Positions 48,067-57,892 of a stretch of 64,000 nt of DNA are shown one piece after another; the stretch's first letter is position 1; each line of letters starts with the position of its first letter. The position numbers were made by a program, and so were the translations under genes. Under the pieces are notes generated by a model, which ran no database searches, was not told the DNA's origin, and saw nothing but the letters and a program-made list of their open reading frames with translations. This stretch comes from Minisyncoccota bacterium (GTDB taxonomy: Bacteria > Patescibacteriota > Minisyncoccia > Phycocordibacterales > CALRHW01): positions 484,705-548,704 of the forward strand of contig JAXLZT010000001.1 in assembly GCA_046350795.1 (NCBI GenBank), read 5' to 3'.

Positions 48067-48987
48067 TTATGTGGTATAAATATGGCTTATTTTATGGGTT
48101 TTTTGGCATTCTGGCGAACAAAAAGTAGCTCCATTTTGATCAGCTTTACAATCCTCACAGCAAATAAAGTGCTCGTGGCAGGTATCTAGGGTGCAATTTG
48201 TGTAATTTTCAGATGGTTTTTGGCATATTCCACATCTTCCAATGACGGTATGGTTGTCTGGAGAGTCAAAAGTCATTACTTTTCTCTTATCAAACACGTA
48301 TAAAGAGCCTTTAAATGCTTTTCCTGGATACTTTTCCATATAACTAACAATTCCTCCATCTAACTGATATACATCCTTAAAACCCTCTTTTACGAGAAAT
48401 CCAGAGGCCTTTTCACACCTTACTCCCCCAGTACAGACAGGCACAACTGTTTTATCTTTTAGATGTGATATTTTTTCTATTATTTGCGGTAAATCTCGAA
48501 AATTTTTCATGCCTGGTAGCACAGAACCCTCAAAATGACCGACTTTGTATTCATAATCATTGCGCATGTCTATAATATGAATGTCTTTGTTTGAAATTAT
48601 CCATTCATGAAGTTGGTCTGGAGAAAGTCTTTTTCCTGTAGTGATATTTGGATTTACGTCTATTTTTAACGAGTCACTGACCAAATCTTTTCGCACTTTT
48701 ATTGAAAGTCTAGGAAAAGCATCACCTGTACCAGCACTTCTCTTTATATGAGTATCTTTAAAACGTGGGTCGGCAAGAAAAACCTCTAGATATTTTTCTA
48801 CATTTTCCTTTGTGCCTTCGAGGGTGGCATTGATACCTTCTTTTGCAACTATTATGCGTCCCTTCAAAGAAAGGTCCTCACACAAACGTTTTTGCTCAAG
48901 CCTTAAAACATCAGGATCTTTTATATCCGTATATTTGTAAAAAAGTAGAATTTCAAATTTTACTTCGCCTTTCATATTAAAGACCAA
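48067..48987 (-). CDS. trhO: tRNA uridine(34) hydroxylase TrhO (rhodanese-like, UPF0176/YceA)
   Basis: Rhodanese active-site CTGGVRCEK and the UPF0176 N-terminal domain. Confidence 0.8.
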   Translation of the reverse strand: MVFNMKGEVKFEILLFYKYTDIKDPDVLRLEQKRLCEDLSLKGRIIVAKEGINATLEGTKENVEKYLEVFLADPRFKDTHIKRSAGTGDAFPRLSIKVRKDLVSDSLKIDVNPNITTGKRLSPDQLHEWIISNKDIHIIDMRNDYEYKVGHFEGSVLPGMKNFRDLPQIIEKISHLKDKTVVPVCTGGVRCEKASGFLVKEGFKDVYQLDGGIVSYMEKYPGKAFKGSLYVFDKRKVMTFDSPDNHTVIGRCGICQKPSENYTNCTLDTCHEHFICCEDCKADQNGATFCSPECQKTHKISHIYTT

Positions 48988-49002
48988 ATACTAACATTTA
49001 TT

Positions 49003-50490
49003 TTATTGTGAGCCAACTTCTATCGTGTCACCATCAGAAAGACCGGAAATTACTTCCACTTCACCATCTTGTGACACAATTCCCAAAACAACTTCTACTT
49101 CTTGAGCCTTTTCACCATCAACCATTTTTTTCACAAAATTTTTGTCACCTTTCTTTGTAACTACAAAAAGTGGCACAGACAGTATGCTAGTTTTTTTAGC
49201 TGTTTCAATATCCAGATTTGCAGTCAATCCACTTTTTACCAGAGAAGATCCGGTATTGAAAGCTATCTTCACTTTATAATTTACAACTCCATCTACGATT
49301 GTTTCTCCCGGATCAATATAAGACACTGTACCACTAAAGGTTTGTCCCGGATAAGCATCTAAAGTAATGGAAACCGGATTACCAACTGATATTTTACCAA
49401 TATTTACCTCAGAAACGTTTGATTCTATTTCGAGTTTATTATCAGAAATCACGGAAACAATCGCAGATCCAGCACTTACTATTTCTCCCTTTTCTACATC
49501 TTGTTTTGTTACAACTCCGTCAAAAGGAGCGGTGATGCGAGTCTTTGCGATTTGTGATTGTATATTTTGGATGTTTGCTTCTATTTGCAATTTGCGAGCA
49601 TTTTGCGCAGACACAGAATCAGATCCGGTTTGTGTTTCACTAGCTCTAGCAGAATTTATTTTTTCTTGAGCAGAAATCATATTTGAAAGAACGGTGTTAA
49701 TCGTTGTTCTCGCGGTAGACATATCACTCTTGTAATCAGAAATCACTGCAACACTATCACTGTCAGAAGGGGTAATCTCAAATATTGCCAAAGAGACTTC
49801 ATCCACAAATGTTTTAACTTCTTGTAAATGCTCTTTTGATTTGGCAATCAATGCATCTGTATTGTCTTGCGATAATGAATCAATCTCGGTTTTCCATTCT
49901 GATAGTACCTTTGATATTTTACTTCTGTTTTTATTTATAGAAACTTTTGTACTAAAATTTATAGTAAAATAAAAAACACTATTACCGTTGTGCATAGATG
50001 GTCTAAAATTTGCATCTATTGAGTTTGGATTTTCAAAAAACTGATCTACACTCTCTCTAATTACGTTGTCAGCCTTTGTAAATGAATCCAACATTACAGC
50101 TCGAGCATTTGCTATAGCATCAGATATTGCGACACTGTCCGCTGCACCGTTTGCATTTTCTTCAGCCAAATCTGCTTTTGCCTTCAAAAGATCAGCTTGC
50201 AACTCACTACTATCTAATTCTACAAGGGTTTGTCCTGCTACTACCCTACTACCCACATCCACCAAAGCGACTGCCACCTTGCCACTTTTTTCAAAACCAA
50301 GATCTACAGAATCCACTGCTTTCGTCTTTCCAGAAGCAAGCACAGACTGCGTAATGTCTTTTCTCTCAGCTTTTATGTAAGTAACACCACTATCTTTTTT
50401 ATTAAATAAAAAGAAACCAGCAATGATTATCACCAAGATCACCGCAACTATTATTGAATATTTATTTTTTAGTATTTTTTTAATTTTCAT
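49003..50490 (-). CDS. efflux transporter periplasmic adaptor subunit (HlyD/MacA family)
   Basis: Transmembrane anchor, lipoyl/beta-barrel/coiled-coil layout; the downstream ABC pair. Confidence 0.8.
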   Translation of the reverse strand: MKIKKILKNKYSIIVAVILVIIIAGFFLFNKKDSGVTYIKAERKDITQSVLASGKTKAVDSVDLGFEKSGKVAVALVDVGSRVVAGQTLVELDSSELQADLLKAKADLAEENANGAADSVAISDAIANARAVMLDSFTKADNVIRESVDQFFENPNSIDANFRPSMHNGNSVFYFTINFSTKVSINKNRSKISKVLSEWKTEIDSLSQDNTDALIAKSKEHLQEVKTFVDEVSLAIFEITPSDSDSVAVISDYKSDMSTARTTINTVLSNMISAQEKINSARASETQTGSDSVSAQNARKLQIEANIQNIQSQIAKTRITAPFDGVVTKQDVEKGEIVSAGSAIVSVISDNKLEIESNVSEVNIGKISVGNPVSITLDAYPGQTFSGTVSYIDPGETIVDGVVNYKVKIAFNTGSSLVKSGLTANLDIETAKKTSILSVPLFVVTKKGDKNFVKKMVDGEKAQEVEVVLGIVSQDGEVEVISGLSDGDTIEVGSQ

Positions 50491-50494
50491 AATT

Positions 50495-51169
50495 TTATTG
50501 TTTTATATCTGAAACTATTTCTCCGTCTGAAAGCCTGATTATTCTATCTGTTTGTTTTGCGTATTCATCTTCGTGTGTAACCATTATTATTGTTTGACCC
50601 TCTTTATGTAATTCTTTAAAAGTTTTGATTACTGTTTCAGCGGTCTCACTGTCTAGATTGGCTGTCGGCTCGTCGGCAAATATAATCTGCGGACTGTGTC
50701 CTATGGCTCGAGCAATACTGACACGCTGTTGCTCTCCCCCAGAAAGCTGACTCGGTAGATTGCCAAACTTGTCTCCAAGCCCCACTTTTATCAATGCTTT
50801 ACCGGCTTTTTCTCTGGCCTTTATTTTTGTATCCCCCATCATAAGGAGCGGAAGCATTACATTTTCTATTGCAGAAAGCTCTGGTAAAAGTGCATAGTCT
50901 TGGAAGATATAACCCAAGCGCTCTAGTCTAAACTGTGTTCGCTCTCTGTTGTCCAAATCTATCACTGAAACCCCATCCATTATTATACTGCCAGAATTTG
51001 GTTTATCGAGTAGACCCATTTGATATAGTAGGGTGCTTTTTCCAGATCCAGATCTACCTGTGATAGATAAAAATTGCCCCTCTGGCACTTCAAAACTCAT
51101 GCCCTTTAGTACGACAAGCTCTTTGCCACCGCTATGAAAAGATTTTACTAATTTTTCTACTTTTATCAT
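50495..51169 (-). CDS. ABC transporter ATP-binding protein (MacB/LolD-like)
   Basis: Walker [10 protein letters not shown], signature LSGGEQQR and Walker B. Confidence 0.9.
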   Translation of the reverse strand: MIKVEKLVKSFHSGGKELVVLKGMSFEVPEGQFLSITGRSGSGKSTLLYQMGLLDKPNSGSIIMDGVSVIDLDNRERTQFRLERLGYIFQDYALLPELSAIENVMLPLLMMGDTKIKAREKAGKALIKVGLGDKFGNLPSQLSGGEQQRVSIARAIGHSPQIIFADEPTANLDSETAETVIKTFKELHKEGQTIIMVTHEDEYAKQTDRIIRLSDGEIVSDIKQ

Positions 51170-51177
51170 GTTTGTTT

Positions 51178-52482
51178 TTACCTTCCTAAAATCGCATCAA
51201 GTGTGTTTTGTTTTACAACTATCTTTGCAGGAATATATCCAGCGACTAAAGTAGCTATAAAAAGAATACCGGCTCTGATGAGTGTGCCGCTTAGTGTAGC
51301 TACAAGTATACCGTCACTAAATGGAAAATTGATAGGATGTGCTGCTATGTATGGTTTTAAAATAAAGAAAAGTATAGCAGCGCCGACCAACGTACCCATA
51401 ATAGCGTAAAAAAGTGACTGTAAAATATATGCGAATTCTATTGCAGTAGAATGTATACCTATGCCTTTCAAAATACCGATAAATTTTCTTCGAGTGATAG
51501 CGTTGATAAAAATAACGATAAAAATAGTGATCGAAGCTACCACGAGACCTATTGAACTCACCGCGTTTCCAAGAATAGCAAAAGTGTCTTTAATATCTTT
51601 CAAAAATTTTGGAATTCCCTCTTCAAATGTTTGCACTTTGGCGTATTGCCCAACACCAGCCGCAAGCATAGCATCTCTTACTACGACCGGATCAGAGCCC
51701 GGTTTCAGCTTTATAGATATTTCACCAACATTATAATCAGTACGACCCATGAGCCCACGGAGCTGAGTATCTGTCATAAACACGCGCCGACTCACCTCGT
51801 CTACTTTTGTTTTTAAAATTCCTTTTACAAAAACCTCACGAGTCACACCATTTATAACTAAACGTACTTTATCCCCCACCTCTACATCTGAAAGCGTTGT
51901 AAATCCAGGTGATTCAATCGGTAAATATTTTTTAAGCAAATAATGTCCTAAAAGTACTTGATCATAATCATCAGCGTTTAGATATGATCCCTCGACGATT
52001 AAATCTTTTATTCCCGTTACGGCGTTTTCATCATCAGGATTTATTCCAGCTATGATAGTACTCGCGCTATCTATTAAATCTGTCTCCTTAACGCGTGTTT
52101 TATAGTTGGCTTCTACCTTACCGCCTTGTATATATCTAGCAGATACAGCCTCAGTCCATGGCAGACTCTTTGCCACATTTATTACATATGGACTATTTTC
52201 TATATATGTTTTTTCTTTAAGTGTAGAAACTATTACATCACTGAGATACTTACCCTTTACAGCTTGCACAGATCCCTCTATCAAACCAACCAAAATACCA
52301 CTCACAACCACCAGATTTAAAAAAGTAAGTGTCATAACAAACACAATCAGAACAGTCGTCCATTTATTACTATGACGTACCTGTCTATTTGCCAAGAAAA
52401 AACCGAGTCGAGCCGATATGATTGTGTTCTTTAATCTTTTTTTGAAGCTAACCTTACTTCCAATATTTTTTGTAGAATTCAT
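51178..52482 (-). CDS. ABC transporter permease (FtsX/MacB-like)
   Basis: N-terminal transmembrane helix, large periplasmic domain and a C-terminal FtsX three-helix bundle. Confidence 0.8.
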   Translation of the reverse strand: MNSTKNIGSKVSFKKRLKNTIISARLGFFLANRQVRHSNKWTTVLIVFVMTLTFLNLVVVSGILVGLIEGSVQAVKGKYLSDVIVSTLKEKTYIENSPYVINVAKSLPWTEAVSARYIQGGKVEANYKTRVKETDLIDSASTIIAGINPDDENAVTGIKDLIVEGSYLNADDYDQVLLGHYLLKKYLPIESPGFTTLSDVEVGDKVRLVINGVTREVFVKGILKTKVDEVSRRVFMTDTQLRGLMGRTDYNVGEISIKLKPGSDPVVVRDAMLAAGVGQYAKVQTFEEGIPKFLKDIKDTFAILGNAVSSIGLVVASITIFIVIFINAITRRKFIGILKGIGIHSTAIEFAYILQSLFYAIMGTLVGAAILFFILKPYIAAHPINFPFSDGILVATLSGTLIRAGILFIATLVAGYIPAKIVVKQNTLDAILGR

Positions 52483-52540
52483 TCTGAGCTATTATTGCAT
52501 AAAACAACTCATTTTTCAAATAATAAAATTAACCTTTTTC

Positions 52541-52798
52541 TTAAAAGAAATTCATTTTTTGAGAAAACTTTTTTGCACGAGTCACGACATCTATTTTTAC
52601 TTTTTCTATAAAAGGAAATCTCTGTAAAAATTTTTCTAGTAATCTACGAGCTCTTTCTGAACGCAAAGAGAGTACATACAAACCAAGGGCCAAAAAAAGA
52701 ATACCCTGAATAATAGGCAAAAACAGACCCGCAACACCCACAATAAGTAGGATTGTTCCTAGGGTATATATTAAGCTGGTTTTTATTTTTATAATCAT
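52541..52798 (-). CDS. YbaN family inner membrane protein (DUF454)
   Basis: 85 aa with two transmembrane helices and the GLFLP...G.LFL pattern. Confidence 0.55.
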   Translation of the reverse strand: MIIKIKTSLIYTLGTILLIVGVAGLFLPIIQGILFLALGLYVLSLRSERARRLLEKFLQRFPFIEKVKIDVVTRAKKFSQKMNFF

Positions 52799-52821
52799 TT
52801 TATTTTATGTTTCTGCGGACT

Positions 52822-53226
52822 TTATTGAATGAGATTTTTGCAGTTTGCACCCAATTTGTATCCGGCTTTTTCTGCTTCAGCGATTGAAGAAAAAGTTATT
52901 TTATTTTCTTCCACTATCCTTTTGGCACCGGCGCAAGATGGAAAATAATAATTTTTACCCTTTTTTGAGGCAATTACCACGCCTCCTGCAGTCTCTGATA
53001 CTTTTTTAGACGTTGATATAGCAGGAATATTACTGATTTCTCCTTTAATTTCTGGATTTTTAGGTGTTTCAAATGCGCCGAGTATTATAGGTGTCCTCTC
53101 TTGCCTATTTGCTGAAATTTTACCCAAACCAAACGATGAAATAGCTACTAAAATGAGGATTATTAAAGGAAAACCGAATTTATAGAGATGGGGCTTGATT
53201 TTTAAGAGATTATCTTTTATACTCAT
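52822..53226 (-). CDS. membrane-anchored protein with a C-terminal Ada-ZnBD-like domain
   Basis: YYFPSCAGAKRI..EN.ITFSS..EAEKAGYK...C resembles the Ada metal-binding-domain motif, but only 2 of the 4 Cys are present. Confidence 0.35.
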   Translation of the reverse strand: MSIKDNLLKIKPHLYKFGFPLIILILVAISSFGLGKISANRQERTPIILGAFETPKNPEIKGEISNIPAISTSKKVSETAGGVVIASKKGKNYYFPSCAGAKRIVEENKITFSSIAEAEKAGYKLGANCKNLIQ

Positions 53227-53267
53227 TTAACAACATTTTAACAGATAAAAGCATTTAAAAATAGAGT

Positions 53268-53540
53268 ATGGCAACCAAAAAAGCCGGTGGTTCAACCAAA
53301 AACGGCAGAGATTCAAATCCTAAATACCTCGGTGTGAAAATCACCCCAGGATCAGTCGCAAAAGCTGGTTCTATTTTGGTACGACAAAGAGGTACTGACG
53401 TAATAGCCGGCAAAAACGTAAGCATGGGAAAGGATCATACACTCTTTGCTCTCAAAGAAGGTGTTGTCCGATTTGCAAACACTAGAAAGACTCACTTTGA
53501 TAACTCAATTAAAGTAAAGAAAATAGTGCACGTAGGGTAA
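53268..53540 (+). CDS. rpmA: 50S ribosomal protein L27
   Basis: L27 family ([10 protein letters not shown]...). Confidence 0.95.
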   Translation: MATKKAGGSTKNGRDSNPKYLGVKITPGSVAKAGSILVRQRGTDVIAGKNVSMGKDHTLFALKEGVVRFANTRKTHFDNSIKVKKIVHVG

Positions 53541-53542
53541 AT

Positions 53543-53668
53543 AAAAAGTAAGGTCTGACAAAACAGAAAGCCTCTCCAGCGAGAGGCTTTCTTCGTCCTC
53601 GACCGAAAATTTGCCCTTGGCAAAACCAAGCTTTTCGGTCTGCGAATGTTTGTCAGACCTTACTTTTT
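53543..53668. terminator. nested multi-hairpin element between the convergent rpmA and rplI genes (probable bidirectional terminator; an sRNA is not excluded)
   Basis: Outer 20-bp perfect inverted repeat AAAAAGTAAGGTCTGACAAA / TTTGTCAGACCTTACTTTTT. It encloses GAAAGCCTCTC-cagc-GAGAGGCTTTC (11-bp perfect), CGACCGAAAA...TTTTCGGTC and TTTGCC-ctt-GGCAAA. Confidence 0.5.
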
Positions 53669-54106
53669 ATTATTAACCACCACCACAAACTGAGCACTTT
53701 TATCCCCTACTTTTACAGTCACTTTGTGTTCACCAGTTTCTTTTATCGGCTTTGGTAGATCAATAAAATCAGCAATTATATCTAAATGAGCTTGCTCCTT
53801 GAGAGCAGTCACAAGAGCTTCTTTATGGATACTTGAGAAAAGATGACCCTTATCATTAGCCTTTTCTGTAAACTCTATTTTTGTGCCACCTATAGCTTGC
53901 ATGTTTTTAGCCAAAAGTTCTGCTTGAACCTTTTTCTCTTGTTCATCTTGAGCCTTTAGCATGTCTACTTTTTTTAACGCACTAGGACTAGCTATTTCTG
54001 CAAGCTTTTGTGGAATGAGGAAGTTGAGAGCGTATCCATCTGATACATTCTTTACATCGTATTTCTGACCTATTTTCGGAACATTTTTTAGGAATATTAC
54101 TTTCAT
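53660..54106 (-). CDS. rplI: 50S ribosomal protein L9
   Basis: L9 N-terminal (MKVIFLKNVPKIGQKYDVKNVSDGYA.NFL.P) and C-terminal domains. Confidence 0.9.
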   Translation of the reverse strand: MKVIFLKNVPKIGQKYDVKNVSDGYALNFLIPQKLAEIASPSALKKVDMLKAQDEQEKKVQAELLAKNMQAIGGTKIEFTEKANDKGHLFSSIHKEALVTALKEQAHLDIIADFIDLPKPIKETGEHKVTVKVGDKSAQFVVVVNNKK

Positions 54107-54143
54107 GGTGTTTTTTAAAATAATTGATGACTACAGAGTTTTA

Positions 54144-55415
54144 TCATTTTTTGAGCAATAATTCAACCGCCGCTTTCATTTGTGGATCTATCCCCTTTGC
54201 AACATCATCAGCGGTCCTTTTTACTTCAATATCCGGCTTCAAACCACCATCTGATATTGATTTACCGTTTGGTGTAAGCCATCTAGCAATAGTGACCTTT
54301 AATGATGTGTCTGGAGTGATCTTTACTAGTTCTTGCACAGAACCTTTTCCATATGAATTACTTCCTACAAGCTTTGCCACACCGTGCTCTTGTAGAGCGC
54401 CTGCCAATATTTCACTTGCTGAAGCAGATCCTCCATCTATGAGTACAGCCATTTTTAAATTTTTATTAAAGATACTAAAACCCTTACTCCTGTGAACAAC
54501 CTCTTCGTTTTTAGCACCAAAGTTTTCTCGAACAACAACATCACCAAGAGGTAAAAACCAACTTGCCATATCTATAGACGCTTCCAAAAAACCACCCGGA
54601 TTACCTCGTAAGTCGAGTACTAGTTTATTGGTCTTTGAAGCCACAAACTCTCTGAGAGCTTTTCTAAAAAGATCAGCAGAGACTGCAGAAAAATTGTAGA
54701 GTTCAATTACAAACACACCATCATTCCTTAAATAAGACTTTATTGTTGGAATATCTATGGTCGCACGGACTACAGATATTTCGATAGGAGTGTCTTTACC
54801 ATTTCTTAATATAGTAAATTTTACTTTTGTGCCACCCTTTCCACGAATCAATTTTACTGCTTCATCAGAATTGATTGTGTTTGTATAGACATCATCTATC
54901 TTCAAGATTTTATCACCAGCAAGAATACCAGCTTTTTGTGCAGGAGTCCCCTTTAAAGGAGATATAACTGTAAGCACATCATCACGCATTCCTATTTCCA
55001 TTCCCACACCTTGAAAATTACCACTTATATCATTTTCAAATATTTCAGCATCAGCTGGTGGAAAAAACATTGTGTAAGGGTCCTTAAAAGAACTAGCCAG
55101 TCCTTCTATTGCTCCCCACACCTTTTCTTGATCAGAAATATTGGGAGTACTTGAACTAAAACCAACGTGTTTCTCATTGAGTACACTCCAAGCTTTCCAA
55201 AATGGAGAAAAATCTGCTTTTACAAAAATATCTGGGTTTTTATTTTCAATATTTGCCAAAGACACAGATCCGGCACCCCTGTGTGAACCCACGTAAACTC
55301 CGCAAAAAAAAGAAGCTCCTATTATAAGGAGAGATGCGATAATAGAAATTTTATATTTGGAAAACCAAGGCTTCATTTGTTGTACTATTATCTCAAAGTA
55401 GCTTCTTGTGGTCAA
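54144..55415 (-). CDS. carboxy-terminal processing protease (S41 family)
   Basis: N-terminal transmembrane helix, a PDZ domain and the S41 catalytic domain. Confidence 0.8.
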   Translation of the reverse strand: MTTRSYFEIIVQQMKPWFSKYKISIIASLLIIGASFFCGVYVGSHRGAGSVSLANIENKNPDIFVKADFSPFWKAWSVLNEKHVGFSSSTPNISDQEKVWGAIEGLASSFKDPYTMFFPPADAEIFENDISGNFQGVGMEIGMRDDVLTVISPLKGTPAQKAGILAGDKILKIDDVYTNTINSDEAVKLIRGKGGTKVKFTILRNGKDTPIEISVVRATIDIPTIKSYLRNDGVFVIELYNFSAVSADLFRKALREFVASKTNKLVLDLRGNPGGFLEASIDMASWFLPLGDVVVRENFGAKNEEVVHRSKGFSIFNKNLKMAVLIDGGSASASEILAGALQEHGVAKLVGSNSYGKGSVQELVKITPDTSLKVTIARWLTPNGKSISDGGLKPDIEVKRTADDVAKGIDPQMKAAVELLLKK

Positions 55416-55453
55416 TCATCTATTGCATTATAATTATTGTTGAATAAATCCAC

Positions 55454-56368
55454 ATGATATATAGATATTCTCACAAAGGTGTAACTTGGATAGATATAGA
55501 CCATCCAACTGATGAGGATATTGAAACGATAGTCAAAGAGTTTGGTATCGATCCACAGATAGCAAAAGAAATATCTGCACCAACCAACAAGCCTCGTGTA
55601 GAGCTAAGCGCTGATTATATTTATTTAGTTTTACATTTCCCTGTCTTTAAGCATAGCCATAAAGAAAAGACAGACCAAGAAGTCGATTTTATTATCGGTA
55701 AAGATTTTTTGATTACAGCGAGGTATGACACGGTAGATGCCATTCACAAGTTTGGTAAAAAACTAGAAGTCAGCGCCATTTTAGATAAAAAAAATATAGA
55801 GTACCCTATCGGATACATTTTTTACATTATTCTAAAAGAAATTTATCACTCTATTTTTGACGAGCTCGCTTTTATAGAAAGTTGGATAAAAGAAGTCGAG
55901 ACAAAAATATTTAAGGGTAACGAACGTGAAATGGTTTTTGCCTTATCAAATGTAAGTCGCACACTTTTAGATTTCAAAAAAATCACTGATATGCACAAAG
56001 AGGTTTTGATTACACTAGAAATAGCGGGCAAAAGACTTTTTGGTGATCATTTTCCATATTATACTCGCACCGCGCTCGAGGAATATCATAAAATACAAAA
56101 TGCCATTAAAAGCAATATGGAGGTAGTGGTCGAGCTCCGCGAGACAAACAACTCCCTACTAGACACAAAGCAAAACGAAATTACAAAAATTCTTACTATT
56201 TTAGCTTTTATTGCTGTCCCACTCTCACTTATAGTCTCAGTTTTTCAAATAGACACTGTATCTCGCCCCATCATAGGTACACCTTATGATTTTTGGATAT
56301 TGATTAGCTTTATATTCCTCGCTGGTGCTACAATGTTCTCATTCTTTAAATTTAAAGGCTGGCTATAA
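55454..56368 (+). CDS. CorA-like divalent cation transporter family protein (divergent, lacks GMN)
   Basis: Cytoplasmic alpha/beta domain and two C-terminal transmembrane helices. The first helix, LTILAFIAVPLSLIVSVFQID, aligns to CorA LT.....FLPLT.I.GIYGMNF, but the GMN is replaced. Confidence 0.45.
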   Translation: MIYRYSHKGVTWIDIDHPTDEDIETIVKEFGIDPQIAKEISAPTNKPRVELSADYIYLVLHFPVFKHSHKEKTDQEVDFIIGKDFLITARYDTVDAIHKFGKKLEVSAILDKKNIEYPIGYIFYIILKEIYHSIFDELAFIESWIKEVETKIFKGNEREMVFALSNVSRTLLDFKKITDMHKEVLITLEIAGKRLFGDHFPYYTRTALEEYHKIQNAIKSNMEVVVELRETNNSLLDTKQNEITKILTILAFIAVPLSLIVSVFQIDTVSRPIIGTPYDFWILISFIFLAGATMFSFFKFKGWL

Positions 56369-56378
56369 TTACACTGTC

Positions 56379-57770
56379 ATGATTACATTCTGGAATACAC
56401 TGACAAAACAAAAAGAGGAATTTTTCCCTATCAAAGACAAGGTGGTGGGTATGTACAACTGTGGCCCGACTGTATATGACTACGCTCATTTGGGCAATCT
56501 TCGCTCATATGTACTAGCAGATATTTTAAAAAGAACCCTTACATTTAATAAATACAGAGTAAATCAGATTATCAATATCACTGATGTAGGACATCTGGTC
56601 GGCGATGGTGATGAAGGTAAAGACAAAATAGAAGAGGGGGCAAAAAAACAACAAAAAACCGCTTCAGAAATAGCTAGCTTTTATACAGAAGCTTTTTTGG
56701 CTGATTTGAAAAAATTAAATATAAATACTGATGAGATCTCGTTTCCTAGAGCATCAGAACATATAAAAGAGCAAATAAATTTGATAAAGACATTAGAAGA
56801 ACGTGGATTTGCTTACAAAACCTCAGATGGTATGTATTTTGATACGGCAAAATTTAGAGCATATGGAAAGCTGGGCAATATAGACTTGGCACATCTACGC
56901 GAGGGAGCACGTGTCACTATAAACTCTCAGAAAAAAAATATTACAGATTTTGCTTTGTGGAAATTTTCTCAGCCACATGAAAAGCGACAGCAGGAATGGC
57001 CTTCTCCGTGGGGTTTGGGTTTTCCCGGCTGGCATATAGAGTGTTCTGCTATGTCTATGAAATATCTCGGCGAGACTTTTGATATACACACAGGAGGTAT
57101 CGATCACATCCCTACTCACCACAACAATGAAATAGCTCAATCAGAAAGTGCTACCGGTAAACAATATGTTAGATATTGGTTGCATAATGCTTTTGTAAAT
57201 GTTGAAGGTGGAAAGATGGCAAAATCAGAAGGCAACTTTTTACGTCTGCAAAGTATAATTGATAAAAATATAAATCCTCTGAGTTATCGCTACTGGCTTC
57301 TTACTGCTCATTATCGACAGCCTGTCACTTTTTCTTGGGAAGCACTTGAGAGTGCCAATGTTGCTTTCATGAAGCTAGCGCGAGCGTATTCTACTTTACC
57401 TGGATTAGGAAAAGTACACGTCGGCTACTTGAAAAAATTTAAAGATTTTATAAACGACGATCTAGACACTCCTCAAGCCGTAGCGCTCATATGGGAAATG
57501 ATGAAAGATAAAAGCGTGACTGATAGACAAAAACGAGCCACTTTAAACGAGTTTGATAAAGTTTTGGGTCTAAATCTCAAAGGACTTGCGAAAGAACTAA
57601 AAAATGCTGATAAAGATGTGCCAGATGTGGTCAAATCCATTGTCTCAGAGCGTGAAAAAGCTAGAAAAAATAAAGATTGGAAAAAGTCAGACGAGCTACG
57701 TGATGCGATACTAAAGGAAGGCTTTGAAGTCAAAGATACTGATAAGGGAGCTGAGGTGAGGAGGATTTAA
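56379..57770 (+). CDS. cysS: cysteine--tRNA ligase
   Basis: HLGN ([10 protein letters not shown]) and KMSKS (KMAKSEGN). The start is chosen at [15 protein letters not shown], the typical CysRS N-terminus; the track start at 56325 overlaps the upstream gene. Confidence 0.9.
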   Translation: MITFWNTLTKQKEEFFPIKDKVVGMYNCGPTVYDYAHLGNLRSYVLADILKRTLTFNKYRVNQIINITDVGHLVGDGDEGKDKIEEGAKKQQKTASEIASFYTEAFLADLKKLNINTDEISFPRASEHIKEQINLIKTLEERGFAYKTSDGMYFDTAKFRAYGKLGNIDLAHLREGARVTINSQKKNITDFALWKFSQPHEKRQQEWPSPWGLGFPGWHIECSAMSMKYLGETFDIHTGGIDHIPTHHNNEIAQSESATGKQYVRYWLHNAFVNVEGGKMAKSEGNFLRLQSIIDKNINPLSYRYWLLTAHYRQPVTFSWEALESANVAFMKLARAYSTLPGLGKVHVGYLKKFKDFINDDLDTPQAVALIWEMMKDKSVTDRQKRATLNEFDKVLGLNLKGLAKELKNADKDVPDVVKSIVSEREKARKNKDWKKSDELRDAILKEGFEVKDTDKGAEVRRI

Positions 57771-57774
57771 AAAC

Positions 57775-57835
57775 AATACCTAAAAAAGCCTGAAACGCTC
57801 GGCTCGACAGCCTCGCGACCCCCTTTTTAGGTATT
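57775..57835 (+). terminator. long hairpin terminator after cysS (AATACCTAAAAAA ... TTTTTAGGTATT enclosing a 36-nt GC-rich core)
   Basis: A 12-bp inverted repeat including A-tracts and T-tracts. The GC-rich interior carries a GGCT-cgac-AGCC substem. Confidence 0.45.
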
Positions 57836-57892
57836 ATTTTTACCCCTCCACAGCTTAACCACACTTTATCAAGTTTTTAAACTTTAAAGACT

